From a virus, in IMG/VR virus record IMGVR_UViG_3300042894_007649, positions 1 through 64,000 of that record: 64,000 bases of DNA; one strand, 5' to 3'. The notes beneath the pieces were generated by a model. The model did not search any database. It was given only the letters and a program-made list of their open reading frames with translations, and was not told the origin of the DNA. Numbering within the stretch: the first letter of the stretch is position 1; each line of letters opens with the position of its first letter. Made by a program: the position numbers and the translations under genes. Of the stretch, positions 17,837-27,669 are shown in pieces.

Positions 17837-19087
17837 TCAATTTTTTTTCACATATTTTCTTTCTAGTATTTCTCTGGCTTGTATTACAGCATTGCTGAGT
17901 CTTTCGAGGACTTTGCGTTTTATTTCTGGTGTGAGTTGTTTCGTGTATAAATCAAAATCAGGATCTGACTTTAAAGGACTGATATAATTTTGCGCTTTTG
18001 CATCAACAAAAGGTGCCGTAATACCGCTAACAATACCAGTTTTAACATCTCTAAGAATACTTTTAAACTCGTCAAAAAAGTCTTTCATCCAATTAACAAA
18101 AGGAGAATTATCATTTCTTGATGTGTTTGTTAGATTAGGTCTTGGTGCGCCTCTTAGTTGTTGTGCTATAATTTCGATTTGATATTTAGTTTTTTGATAA
18201 TCTGTTGAATTGTTGACCAGATCGAATATTTTTTGAACCATTTCTCCAATATTAGCTTCTATTTCCATTTCGTTTGACTTATATGTTTTAAGGTCTTCGT
18301 AATTATATTTATTTCCATATGGTGAATAATATTTATCAGCCCGAATATTGTAAATTAATTTTGGATCAATGCAATGTATTATTTCGTGTACTAGCAGTGT
18401 TTTTATTTCTTCTTTGTTTTTTCCACACATGTATTTTTCGTTTATATGTACTGTACCTAATATTTTTATTATTTTTGTTTCTTCATCAAAGTAATATTTA
18501 ATTTGACGAATACCAATATTTTTACCATAAATAATTTCGTCTCGATGACCTTTCAAATCTGATTGTAATTCACGCATATATTTGCCGTATTGTTCGGAAT
18601 AGTATTTGTCAAAAATTTCAGTTATATTTTTATAATTGTTATCAATAATTTCATCTACTTTTTCTTTTAATTCTAAATAATCTGTTTTTATTTCTTCTGT
18701 GTTTGCCCATCCTGCTGCGTGTGTCATTGTTTCAGTTTTTTCTGGATCAATTATAATTTTTATGATTTGATTTGGTGTTTGTGGTGTTTGTAATTGATCT
18801 ACTTGTTTTTTTATTTCTTCAATTACTGGATCTTTTTGCATTTGATCCCATTTAAAAATTAAGTTTAATCTAGAAATTTCAGGATTCTCAACATTAGATT
18901 TTTTTATATATTTGTTATTAAATTCTACTAAATTCATTTCAAATTTTTTGCCTGTATTCTTAGATTCACAAATTTGGCTCATGATTTCTGGCAAGTGTTG
19001 ATCGATTGCTGCTAATACTTCTGGAGGAAGAGTTATGTTTTTCCCTTCGTTGAGTTCTTGTTGATAGAAAAATTGTTTAAAATTCAT
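17837..19087 (-). CDS. zincin-like metallopeptidase domain protein
   Basis: LVHEIIHCID plus downstream EIEA; MNFKQFF...LNE. Confidence 0.7.
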   Translation of the reverse strand: MNFKQFFYQQELNEGKNITLPPEVLAAIDQHLPEIMSQICESKNTGKKFEMNLVEFNNKYIKKSNVENPEISRLNLIFKWDQMQKDPVIEEIKKQVDQLQTPQTPNQIIKIIIDPEKTETMTHAAGWANTEEIKTDYLELKEKVDEIIDNNYKNITEIFDKYYSEQYGKYMRELQSDLKGHRDEIIYGKNIGIRQIKYYFDEETKIIKILGTVHINEKYMCGKNKEEIKTLLVHEIIHCIDPKLIYNIRADKYYSPYGNKYNYEDLKTYKSNEMEIEANIGEMVQKIFDLVNNSTDYQKTKYQIEIIAQQLRGAPRPNLTNTSRNDNSPFVNWMKDFFDEFKSILRDVKTGIVSGITAPFVDAKAQNYISPLKSDPDFDLYTKQLTPEIKRKVLERLSNAVIQAREILERKYVKKN

Positions 19088-19238
19088 AATTTATTTAGAA
19101 TAATGTTAATTATTTTTTAATGTGCAAGTGAACATTGTCAATATAAAATTTAATTTTCAATTTATTTATTATAAATAACATTAAGTTAAAATGTTTTGGA
19201 GGATGCAGATTTATTCACGTTGTTGAAAAACGTGTTTT

Positions 19239-20576
19239 ATGCTTAAAAATATGATAAACAAATATAATCCTAGAATAAATCCATATCTTGAATTTGTTTA
19301 CAAAAAGAATTATGGCGTTGTTGACAGTTATCTTTTTGAACAAGATGATGTTCTAACAGGAAATCCTTCACAGGGAGATTTTCAGCAAAGTGGATCTAAT
19401 GCACAGCCACAAAAAATACCAAAATTTGATGCTGGAAAAATTCTAGGTTCCTTCACATCTGGATTTAAGAAGTCTTATGATGCTTCCAGTGTTTTTAGTC
19501 CAGAAGAAATACAGATGTATGAGGGCATGAAGAGTAAAATTGATCCATATGTTAAAAAGGCTATCGACTTTTGTAATAACCCTACTATGCAATTTTTGTT
19601 GAAATATCTTAAAATTTCATTGCCTCTTGGCGTTGCTGTAACCGCTGCTGCGCTTGTGGGCGGATCTGTACCAATGGTTACAGTAGTTTATTTTGTGCAG
19701 AAATATTTTGCCTCTGCTACGGCTTGGTTGATAGGACTAAAACATCATAAAGAAGAAAAGCATGAGTCTTTTAGTTTTAGTGATTATTATCATAGAAGAC
19801 TTTTAGAAGAAGGCATTTATGACGACATAACTGCTGGAGCGGGAATGGTTGGTGGAGCATTGGGCAATGTCGCTGGTAATGTTTACAAGTATGGTAATTT
19901 AGCTCGTAAAAATTTAGTATCAATGGGATCTTCTGCGCTATCAGCGGCATCATCAATAGGATCTTCTGCCAAAAAATTATTTTCAGACATATGGAGTTCA
20001 ATGAAGTCGAATCCTTATTCTACTACTGTTACTGCTATGAAAATAAGTATTGTTGTTGCTGTTGCCGTTGCATCTGGAGGAGCAGCCGCAACTGCATATA
20101 AAATGTTAACATCACCAGAAGGTTTGTCAACTATTTCTGGCATTGTTGCTACTATGGGAGTTGCTAGTGCTGAAGAAGCAACTAAAACACTTGCAGATGT
20201 TGGCCATCAAATGGCAGCAGGTCATGCAATCGATGCTGCTGGTCATTCAATCGATGCCGCTGGCCATGCAGGTCATGCCGCTCATGCTGCTGGCCATGCT
20301 GGTCATGCCGCTCATGCCGCTGGCCATGCAGGTCATGCCGCTCATGCCGCTGGCCATGCAGGTCACGCTGCTCACGCTGCTCACGCTGCTGGCCACGCTG
20401 CTCACGCTGCTGGCCATGCTGCTCATGGTCATGGTTTGGCTCATGATTTATTACACATGGGTACTCATGGAGCGTCTGATGCTGCGGCACACGTTACTGA
20501 TGCCAGCAAAAAGAATCATCCTGAATTAGCAAAATTGGCCAAAACAATTCATGGATTTACCTTAGGTGGAACTTAA
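19239..20576 (+). CDS. membrane-helix protein with His/Ala/Gly repeat; paralog of 31999..33483
   Basis: Hydrophobic segments; (AAGHAGHAAH)n near the C-terminus. Confidence 0.75.
   Translation: MLKNMINKYNPRINPYLEFVYKKNYGVVDSYLFEQDDVLTGNPSQGDFQQSGSNAQPQKIPKFDAGKILGSFTSGFKKSYDASSVFSPEEIQMYEGMKSKIDPYVKKAIDFCNNPTMQFLLKYLKISLPLGVAVTAAALVGGSVPMVTVVYFVQKYFASATAWLIGLKHHKEEKHESFSFSDYYHRRLLEEGIYDDITAGAGMVGGALGNVAGNVYKYGNLARKNLVSMGSSALSAASSIGSSAKKLFSDIWSSMKSNPYSTTVTAMKISIVVAVAVASGGAAATAYKMLTSPEGLSTISGIVATMGVASAEEATKTLADVGHQMAAGHAIDAAGHSIDAAGHAGHAAHAAGHAGHAAHAAGHAGHAAHAAGHAGHAAHAAHAAGHAAHAAGHAAHGHGLAHDLLHMGTHGASDAAAHVTDASKKNHPELAKLAKTIHGFTLGGT
20214..20445 (+). repeat. coding tandem repeat (30-bp unit, degenerate)
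   Basis: GCCGCTGGCCATGCAGGTCATGCCGCTCAT-type units. Confidence 0.9.
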
Positions 20577-20593
20577 AATTCATTGAGATTTTT

Positions 20594-22048
20594 TCAAATA
20601 ATTTGATCTAATTCTTTTGTTTCAAGTTCATTAACGATATTAATATGTGTACCCATAAAGTTATAGGTTATGTCTAGTAATATCTTTTTTTGTGCATATG
20701 TTATCAGTCCGTATTCATAATTTTCTTCATGGTTAAATTGGTATAACATTCTATTTTCTGGATATTCTATATTTTGTGTGAATAGGTTAAAGAATTGATT
20801 TTTTATTCCCTTATATGATATATTTACACCTTTGAATTGTTTGTCATCTGTTTTCTGATGAGTCATTAAAAAGTCTATTACTATATCATCTGATGGATTT
20901 ATGTTATTTTTCTTGAGCATATAATATACTTTTGCTGGGTAAAAATCTCTATTATTGTTAAATAGCGCATTGTCTGCTTCCATTGCGAACTTTCTTAGCC
21001 ATGTTTTATCTCCTTCATTTTCTTTTTTTATTTGTTCTTCTTTTATTTTCATTTTATTTTGTATTTCTGAGTTATTTTTACCTTTTAATTCACGACCAAT
21101 ATATTTGAAACCATATTTCCATAAAAATCTTTTCATTTCAAGTGAGTCATAAATATTATCTTTATTTGATGCGAAAATATTAAATGATGATGATGGAATT
21201 ATAATTTTACCTTTCATTGATTCTTTTTCAGGTGAATTTTGTATTGTTTCTTCAAACTGAAAGTATGAGTTTTCAAAGAAATTCATTTTTATGGCTCTGT
21301 TCATAGCCGTTTTTACAAGATCTAAGTATTTTGGTTCTTCTGGTTTGCCCAAGTATCCTACTCCTGCTGATCTGATTAATTCTTTAACGGAAGGAGATGC
21401 AATAGATGCCAAGTAAGCTGTTGAGGCATTATCTCTTGTTTGCAATGCCTTATCGAATTCATTTGGAAGATATTCCAATATAGATCCATTGTTGTGGATT
21501 AACTGTGTCAGTTCGTTTACTTTATATACAATTTGATTAACATTAAATATTGGTGTTTGTTCTTTTGTTTTTTTGATTAATTGTAATATTTCTTTCCATG
21601 GATTTTGATTGCTATATATGTCCATAGATACTTCTATAATGTTGTCTTTATCTTTATTTGTAAAATTATGCCATATGTCGAAAAATTGATTATCTTGCCA
21701 ATTTCTTGAGAATCCTGTTCTAATTCTTCTTTCTTCTGGAATTTTTTCAAAAGTCTCTGGATATTTTTCTTGCATTATTTCTATAAAAATTTCTGTTCTC
21801 ATATGTCTTTTTAGAACTATAAAAGACATATCGTCGATAATTTCGTCGATTACTTTGTTTCCTTTGTCGATTATTTTGTCTTCAATTTCCTTGTCATATT
21901 CTGTTCTTTGGGTTGATAATTCTCCATGGATGTTCGGCATTTTTTGTATTGCTGCAAGAGTATAAAAGTCATAGAACTCTTGAGCCTTAAATTCCAATAA
22001 TGGTTTCTTATGGTTTTTAAAAAACCATTCTTTAAAATTCATTTTCAT
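20594..22048 (-). CDS. putative internal virion protein
   Basis: MKMNFKEWFF...LLE; FYDFYTL and IHNNGSILEY motifs. Confidence 0.7.
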   Translation of the reverse strand: MKMNFKEWFFKNHKKPLLEFKAQEFYDFYTLAAIQKMPNIHGELSTQRTEYDKEIEDKIIDKGNKVIDEIIDDMSFIVLKRHMRTEIFIEIMQEKYPETFEKIPEERRIRTGFSRNWQDNQFFDIWHNFTNKDKDNIIEVSMDIYSNQNPWKEILQLIKKTKEQTPIFNVNQIVYKVNELTQLIHNNGSILEYLPNEFDKALQTRDNASTAYLASIASPSVKELIRSAGVGYLGKPEEPKYLDLVKTAMNRAIKMNFFENSYFQFEETIQNSPEKESMKGKIIIPSSSFNIFASNKDNIYDSLEMKRFLWKYGFKYIGRELKGKNNSEIQNKMKIKEEQIKKENEGDKTWLRKFAMEADNALFNNNRDFYPAKVYYMLKKNNINPSDDIVIDFLMTHQKTDDKQFKGVNISYKGIKNQFFNLFTQNIEYPENRMLYQFNHEENYEYGLITYAQKKILLDITYNFMGTHINIVNELETKELDQII

Positions 22049-22096
22049 AATGTTTATTTATCAAAAAATTAATTCTTTTTTCAATAAATAAACATT

Positions 22097-23683
22097 ATGA
22101 ACTTTAAACAATGGTTGATTTTATCTGAAGAACTGTATACACAGAATAACACTGCTACTATATTCCATAGAACAATTTTTGAATATGTACGACAAATGAT
22201 GAACGATGGATTTCGAGCAGGTGAGGGTGATTTTCATGGACCGGGACTTTATACCACTTATACATTAGAAGGTACAACAAATTTAGGCTATGGAGATTAT
22301 GTTGTTAAATTAAAAGTAAATAATTTAAATAATTACTTTGTTCTTGAGCCAGATGTTGCCAAACAAATACATGGAAATAATTGGAAATTAAAAGATCAAG
22401 CAAGAATTCTTAAATTGACATTAAAATTAACTGATGAACAATGGCAGAAATACCAAAAAATAAGCGAAGATGGAGAATTTGGAAGTGCTGCTGCATCAAG
22501 AGCATTAAAAGATGATGAACATTTTTTATGGGAACATAAATGCAAAGGTATTGTTTATAATGGAGCGCAAGACGGCAAATGTATATGTGTGTATGCACCT
22601 TATGAAGGACTTAAGTTTTTGGCATATGCATATGCACCAACACCTACGACTGTAGATTTTATTGAGAAAAATTGGATTAAATCTGGTCAAGGTGTAAGTA
22701 TTAGATCAATATCTGATCTTAAGTTCCCAAATGAGAAAATTGGTTTTACTTCAGTTGAAAAACAATATGACCTTGAAGAAGAAAAAGTTATTCCTTCACA
22801 AATTTTAGATGATGTTCGCAAAAGTGAATATGTAAAATTAAGATTTTATATGAAAAAAAATAAATTAACTGGCGATAATGTTTTTCATTTGCTTCTTGGC
22901 GCACCTGACAAAGAAAAAATGGCAGAAATATTAGGTTCAGACAATATTAATAAAATAAATCGTGAATATGTAAGATTTTTGCTTGATAGCGCATCTAACA
23001 GACAGGAAATGATAAATTTAATAATTAAATATAAAACAGAATTTTCTGGTGAAGATGTTCATAATTTGCTTAGTGGTGCATCTGACAAGGAAAAAATAGC
23101 AAGAATATTAGGTCAAAATAATATTGATAAATTAACTGTTCGTCATGTTCATAATTTGCTTAGTGATGCATCTGACATAGAAGAAATGGGAAGAATATTA
23201 CGTCAAAATAATATTGATAAATTAACTGATGGTCATGTTCATAATTTGCTTAGTGGTGCATCTGACAAGGAAAAAATAGCAAGAATATTAGGTCAAAATA
23301 ATATTGATAAATTAACTGTTGGTTCTTTTTATGGTTTGCTTAGTGGTGCATCTGACAAAGAGAAAATAGTAGAAATATTAGGTCCAGACAATATTAATCA
23401 ATTTTCTGATCATCATGTTTATTATTTGCTTAGTGGTGCATCTGACAAAGATCAAATGGCAAGAATATTAGGGCAAGAAAATATTGAAAAATTATCTAGC
23501 GATAATGTTCATAGTTTGCTTTATAGAACACTTGACAAAGAGAAAATGGCAGAAATATTGGGTCCAAAAAATATCGCTAAATTATCTGACGATTATGTTA
23601 AATATTTTATTGATAATGCAAAAAATCCAGAAGAAATGGCAAGAATATTAGGTAAAGAAAATATTGAAAAAATACACAAGTAA
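22097..23683 (+). CDS. ART-like N-domain plus ~9 variable 30-aa helical repeats
   Basis: IFHRT...HGPGLYTT...YGDYVVK; repeats KL(T/S)xxxVxxLLxxAxDKxxMARILGxxNI. Confidence 0.75.
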   Translation: MNFKQWLILSEELYTQNNTATIFHRTIFEYVRQMMNDGFRAGEGDFHGPGLYTTYTLEGTTNLGYGDYVVKLKVNNLNNYFVLEPDVAKQIHGNNWKLKDQARILKLTLKLTDEQWQKYQKISEDGEFGSAAASRALKDDEHFLWEHKCKGIVYNGAQDGKCICVYAPYEGLKFLAYAYAPTPTTVDFIEKNWIKSGQGVSIRSISDLKFPNEKIGFTSVEKQYDLEEEKVIPSQILDDVRKSEYVKLRFYMKKNKLTGDNVFHLLLGAPDKEKMAEILGSDNINKINREYVRFLLDSASNRQEMINLIIKYKTEFSGEDVHNLLSGASDKEKIARILGQNNIDKLTVRHVHNLLSDASDIEEMGRILRQNNIDKLTDGHVHNLLSGASDKEKIARILGQNNIDKLTVGSFYGLLSGASDKEKIVEILGPDNINQFSDHHVYYLLSGASDKDQMARILGQENIEKLSSDNVHSLLYRTLDKEKMAEILGPKNIAKLSDDYVKYFIDNAKNPEEMARILGKENIEKIHK

Positions 23684-23701
23684 TTTATCTAAATAAACAT
23701 T

Positions 23702-25075
23702 ATGAACTTTAAACAATGGTTGATTTTATCTGAAGCGATAACTGTTGATGGAAAAGAATTTCGTGAGCCATTGAATGCATTGAGACACATACAAGAAACT
23801 CATCCAAACCCAGAAAATATTTTTGTTACATTTACAGCAATTGACAAAGTTGGAATCAATCCAAAAAGTGGATACGATACGCCTCTTGGAATTTACTTTT
23901 ATCCATTAGATTATGTGGTTAAAAATGAAATGAATGTTCCATTTGCTGGAGATAAACCTTATATTAATGTTTGCGAGTTTACAAGACCAGACAAAATATT
24001 GCATATGAATCCTGATATAGAAAATCAGAAGGGATTGGAATTACTTGATATATTTCCAAAAGAAGAAGTTGATGCTGCAATAGAAAGCCTTGAGAACAAT
24101 TATGAATTGCGTAGTAATTATTCTAAATTATGGCTTATCACAAGAGAAATAGCAGGAAATAAACCTGTTTTATGGAATGCTAATTTAAGAAAATGTGGGA
24201 TTGATGGATTTGTAGATCATAATACTAAAACAATTCATGAAAGCGAGCCAACTCAAGGTGTTGTTTTTACTGGTACTGCGTTGAGAAGGATACTTGTGAT
24301 TCCACAAATATTGAGGAAGCCATTACCTGATATAAACAAAATTACTGTACATCAGATTGAAAACTTGTTAAAAAATAGAAATTTGTTTAATACTGATATT
24401 CAAAAATTTCTTGATGACGCAAAAAACAAAGATGAAATAGCAAGAATTATAATTCAATATAAACCAGAATTGTCTAATGAAGATATTTATACTTTGCTTT
24501 ATTATGCAGAAAATAAAGATGAAATAGCAAGAATATTGGGTTCAGACAATATTAATAAATTATCTAATGATGATATTTATGGTTTGCTTAGACTTACAAA
24601 AAACAAAGATGAAATGGCAGGAATATTTTCATCAGACAATATTAATAAACTATCTGATGAAAATGTTTTTAATTTGCTTATTTATACAAAAAACAAAGGT
24701 CAAATGGCAAGAATATTAGGTCCAGACAATATTAATAAATTAACTGCTAAAAATGTTTCTGATTTGCTTGAGTATGCATCTAGACATAAAAAAATGGCAG
24801 AAATGGCAGAAATATTAGGGCAAGAAAATATTAATAAATTAACTAATAGTGGTGTTTATAATTTGCTTCGTAATGCATATGACATAGAAGAAATGGCAAG
24901 AATATTAGGTAAAGAAAATATTGATAAATTATCTGGTAATACTGTTCTTGGTTTGCTTCGTTATGCATCTAACAAAGATCAAATGGCAAGAATATTAGGT
25001 AAAGGTTATGCATCTAACAAAGATCAAATGGCAAGAATATTAGGTAAAGAAAATATTGAAAAAATACACAAGTAA
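23702..25075 (+). CDS. repeat protein, paralog 2
   Basis: Identical MNFKQWLILSE start; KVGINPKS.YDTPLGIYFYPL domain; ~7 repeats. Confidence 0.8.
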   Translation: MNFKQWLILSEAITVDGKEFREPLNALRHIQETHPNPENIFVTFTAIDKVGINPKSGYDTPLGIYFYPLDYVVKNEMNVPFAGDKPYINVCEFTRPDKILHMNPDIENQKGLELLDIFPKEEVDAAIESLENNYELRSNYSKLWLITREIAGNKPVLWNANLRKCGIDGFVDHNTKTIHESEPTQGVVFTGTALRRILVIPQILRKPLPDINKITVHQIENLLKNRNLFNTDIQKFLDDAKNKDEIARIIIQYKPELSNEDIYTLLYYAENKDEIARILGSDNINKLSNDDIYGLLRLTKNKDEMAGIFSSDNINKLSDENVFNLLIYTKNKGQMARILGPDNINKLTAKNVSDLLEYASRHKKMAEMAEILGQENINKLTNSGVYNLLRNAYDIEEMARILGKENIDKLSGNTVLGLLRYASNKDQMARILGKGYASNKDQMARILGKENIEKIHK

Positions 25076-25093
25076 TTTATCTAAATAAACATT

Positions 25094-26299
25094 ATGAACT
25101 TTAAACAATGGTTGATTTTATCTGAAGCGATAACTGTTGATGGAAAAGAATTCCGTCAGCCATTGGATGCGTTGAAATACATCCAGAATAATCATCCAAA
25201 TCCAGAAAATCTTTTCATTACATTTACAGCAATTGACAAGGTTGGCATCAATCCGAAAAGTCAATATGATACACCTCTTGGAATTTACTTTTATCCATTA
25301 GATTATGTGGTTAAAAATGAAATGAATGTTGAATTTGCTGGAAATCAGCCTTATATCAATCTTTGTGAATTTATAAGGCCAGACAAAATATTGCATATGA
25401 ATCCTGATATAGAAAATCAGAAGGGATTGGAATTACTTGATATATTTCCAAAAGAAGAAGTTGATGCTGCGTTGCGAAGTATCGAAGAAAAATATGAATT
25501 GCGTAGCGACTATTCAAAATTATGGCTTGTGACGAAAGAACTTGCTTCAGATAAACCTATATTGTGGAATGCCAATTTAAGAAAATGTGGCATTGATGGA
25601 TTTGTAGATCATGGCACTAAAACAATTCACAGAAGTGAGCCAACTCAAGGCGTTGTTTTAACAGGTACTTCATTAAAAAGAATACTTGTGATTCCACAGG
25701 TATTATTTAGCAAACAAGGCGACAGTATACCAGTAAGAAAAACATCAATTGATATAAGCAAAATTCCTAAAAGAGATATTGAAAAATTATTTAAAAATAG
25801 AATCATAACCAATAGTGATGTTATTAGGTTCATTAGTTACTCATCAGATAGAGATAAGGCTATAAAAATTATAATTCATTATAAAAAAGAATTATCTAGC
25901 GATAATGTTCATTGGATGTTTGAATATGCTGTTGATAAAGATGAAATTGGAAGAGAATTAGGTCCAGACAATATCAATAAGTTGTCTGAGAATCAGATTG
26001 GTAGTTTAATTTATTCTCCAAATACCAGAAATAAAATACTAAGAATTATAGTTGGATATAGAAAAGAAATACCAAATCGTAATATCAAGTTTTTGCTTGG
26101 AAGTGTTTATTCTAGGCCTGAAATAGAAGAGATGGCAGAAATATTAGGTTCAGGCAACATCAATAAATTATCTCACAATGATTTTTCTCAAATAATTGAT
26201 TATTCATATTCAAAAGATTTATTGAAAAGCGTATTGAGAAACCATTATACAGGATCAGATTCACAAATAATTTCTTTACTAACCAGTGAGTACCAGTGA
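25094..26299 (+). CDS. repeat protein, paralog 3
   Basis: N-domain highly similar to 23702; repeats more diverged. Confidence 0.8.
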   Translation: MNFKQWLILSEAITVDGKEFRQPLDALKYIQNNHPNPENLFITFTAIDKVGINPKSQYDTPLGIYFYPLDYVVKNEMNVEFAGNQPYINLCEFIRPDKILHMNPDIENQKGLELLDIFPKEEVDAALRSIEEKYELRSDYSKLWLVTKELASDKPILWNANLRKCGIDGFVDHGTKTIHRSEPTQGVVLTGTSLKRILVIPQVLFSKQGDSIPVRKTSIDISKIPKRDIEKLFKNRIITNSDVIRFISYSSDRDKAIKIIIHYKKELSSDNVHWMFEYAVDKDEIGRELGPDNINKLSENQIGSLIYSPNTRNKILRIIVGYRKEIPNRNIKFLLGSVYSRPEIEEMAEILGSGNINKLSHNDFSQIIDYSYSKDLLKSVLRNHYTGSDSQIISLLTSEYQ

Positions 26300-26350
26300 T
26301 TAATCATTTATTGTTAATTGAATAAAAATTTTATTATCTTGGGCCGATTT

Positions 26351-26824
26351 CTATGCTTTTTTTGCATTTGCTGATTTATTTTGTATATATTCAATTGCTA
26401 TATTGTTAGCGAATCCCTTCATATTTTCTGGTGTAACTGATTGTGGGTTGGCCGCAATTTTTTGCAATCTGGTTTGCACGAGTTGTAGGATTTCGTTTTT
26501 TGCTAATTGACTGAGCATTCCTGTTTTTTCGTCCCATAGTGAGTCATTTATGTCGAATATTTCTGCATTTGCTACACCTCCTCTTGTGGAGTCGGGTAGA
26601 GACATAGCTTGTTGTATTAGTTTTCCTGCGTCTTGACGATTTTTGATGAGGTTGAAAATTTGTCCAGCTATTTGTCCTGCTTGTATTATTGAATCTATTC
26701 CCAATAATCCTGTGACCATTCCTGCTGCTTGGCCAGCGACTCCTTTTGCAATTTGTCCTACTGTGTTTGTTTGTGTGATATTTGCTTCACGCATTTGAAC
26801 ATAATTTGAGAATGAAAGTTTCAT
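26351..26824 (-). CDS. putative internal virion protein
   Basis: MKLSFSNYVQMRE; TACATA-N4-ATG. Confidence 0.65.
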   Translation of the reverse strand: MKLSFSNYVQMREANITQTNTVGQIAKGVAGQAAGMVTGLLGIDSIIQAGQIAGQIFNLIKNRQDAGKLIQQAMSLPDSTRGGVANAEIFDINDSLWDEKTGMLSQLAKNEILQLVQTRLQKIAANPQSVTPENMKGFANNIAIEYIQNKSANAKKA

Positions 26825-26840
26825 AACTTATGTATTATTT

Positions 26841-27515
26841 TTATGTGATTATTTTTAGTTCTTCTTGTGACATTTGAAATGGATGGATTAATTCATAGAG
26901 TTCTTTTACTGCTAGTTTTATTGATTTGGTGTTATCGATAGGTGCTGGTTTGATCCAATAGTCTTTTTCGACGCTCATATATTTTTTTATTTCTTTCATT
27001 ACTTCTGGTTCGATGTCATCGAATTGCATTTCGTAGTTGTTGTTCCATAGTATTAAGCCTGACAGGTGATCGATTACATCGAACCATTTTTTTTTATTAT
27101 TTGGGTTGAATTCAATTTTTTCTTCGCATATTTCGTGATAAATTTTTAATATAGTTTCTCTTATTTCGTTTGTATTGTTTAGTTTTATTTCGTTTATGAT
27201 TTCATCATTGATTGAGTCGAATATAGCTTTTACTGTTGCTTCGTTCCATGCGTATTGTTTTGGTGGTTTATTTATTGAGAACATATCGTTGCATACGTTG
27301 TGTATGGCGACGATTTTTTGTGTATCTGGCATAGAGAGGAATACGCTTGGTGCATTGCCGCAAAATTCTTTATCATTTTCTATAAGGTTTTGGAATGCTT
27401 TTATTGGGTTAATTTTTTCGTTGCAAATTTTTTGAGTTATTGATTTGACTCCGATCATGATTAATTGTTTATTTGTTCCTGATATTTGTTTGATTCCTAG
27501 AGGTGTGTTCCACAT
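26841..27515 (-). CDS. hypothetical protein
   Basis: AAGGA SD, 224-aa ORF. Confidence 0.7.
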   Translation of the reverse strand: MWNTPLGIKQISGTNKQLIMIGVKSITQKICNEKINPIKAFQNLIENDKEFCGNAPSVFLSMPDTQKIVAIHNVCNDMFSINKPPKQYAWNEATVKAIFDSINDEIINEIKLNNTNEIRETILKIYHEICEEKIEFNPNNKKKWFDVIDHLSGLILWNNNYEMQFDDIEPEVMKEIKKYMSVEKDYWIKPAPIDNTKSIKLAVKELYELIHPFQMSQEELKIIT

Positions 27516-27669
27516 TTGCTTATCCTTCTGGTTTAGAAGATTTTAAGCGATTTTTATTGTGGAAGCAATATGGATTTGTTGTAGGTTGAGAAAATTATTT
27601 AATAGTGGTGGCGATAATGCAACAAAAAGGGACATGTTTTTAGGCATGTCCCTTTTTGTTTGGTTAGTT

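Noticed and set aside
20143-20529. Alternative-frame ORFs with periodic peptides (QHERHD, MASGMSG, MPLAMQ)
   Set aside because: Shadows of the His/Ala/Gly coding repeat in 19239..20576.
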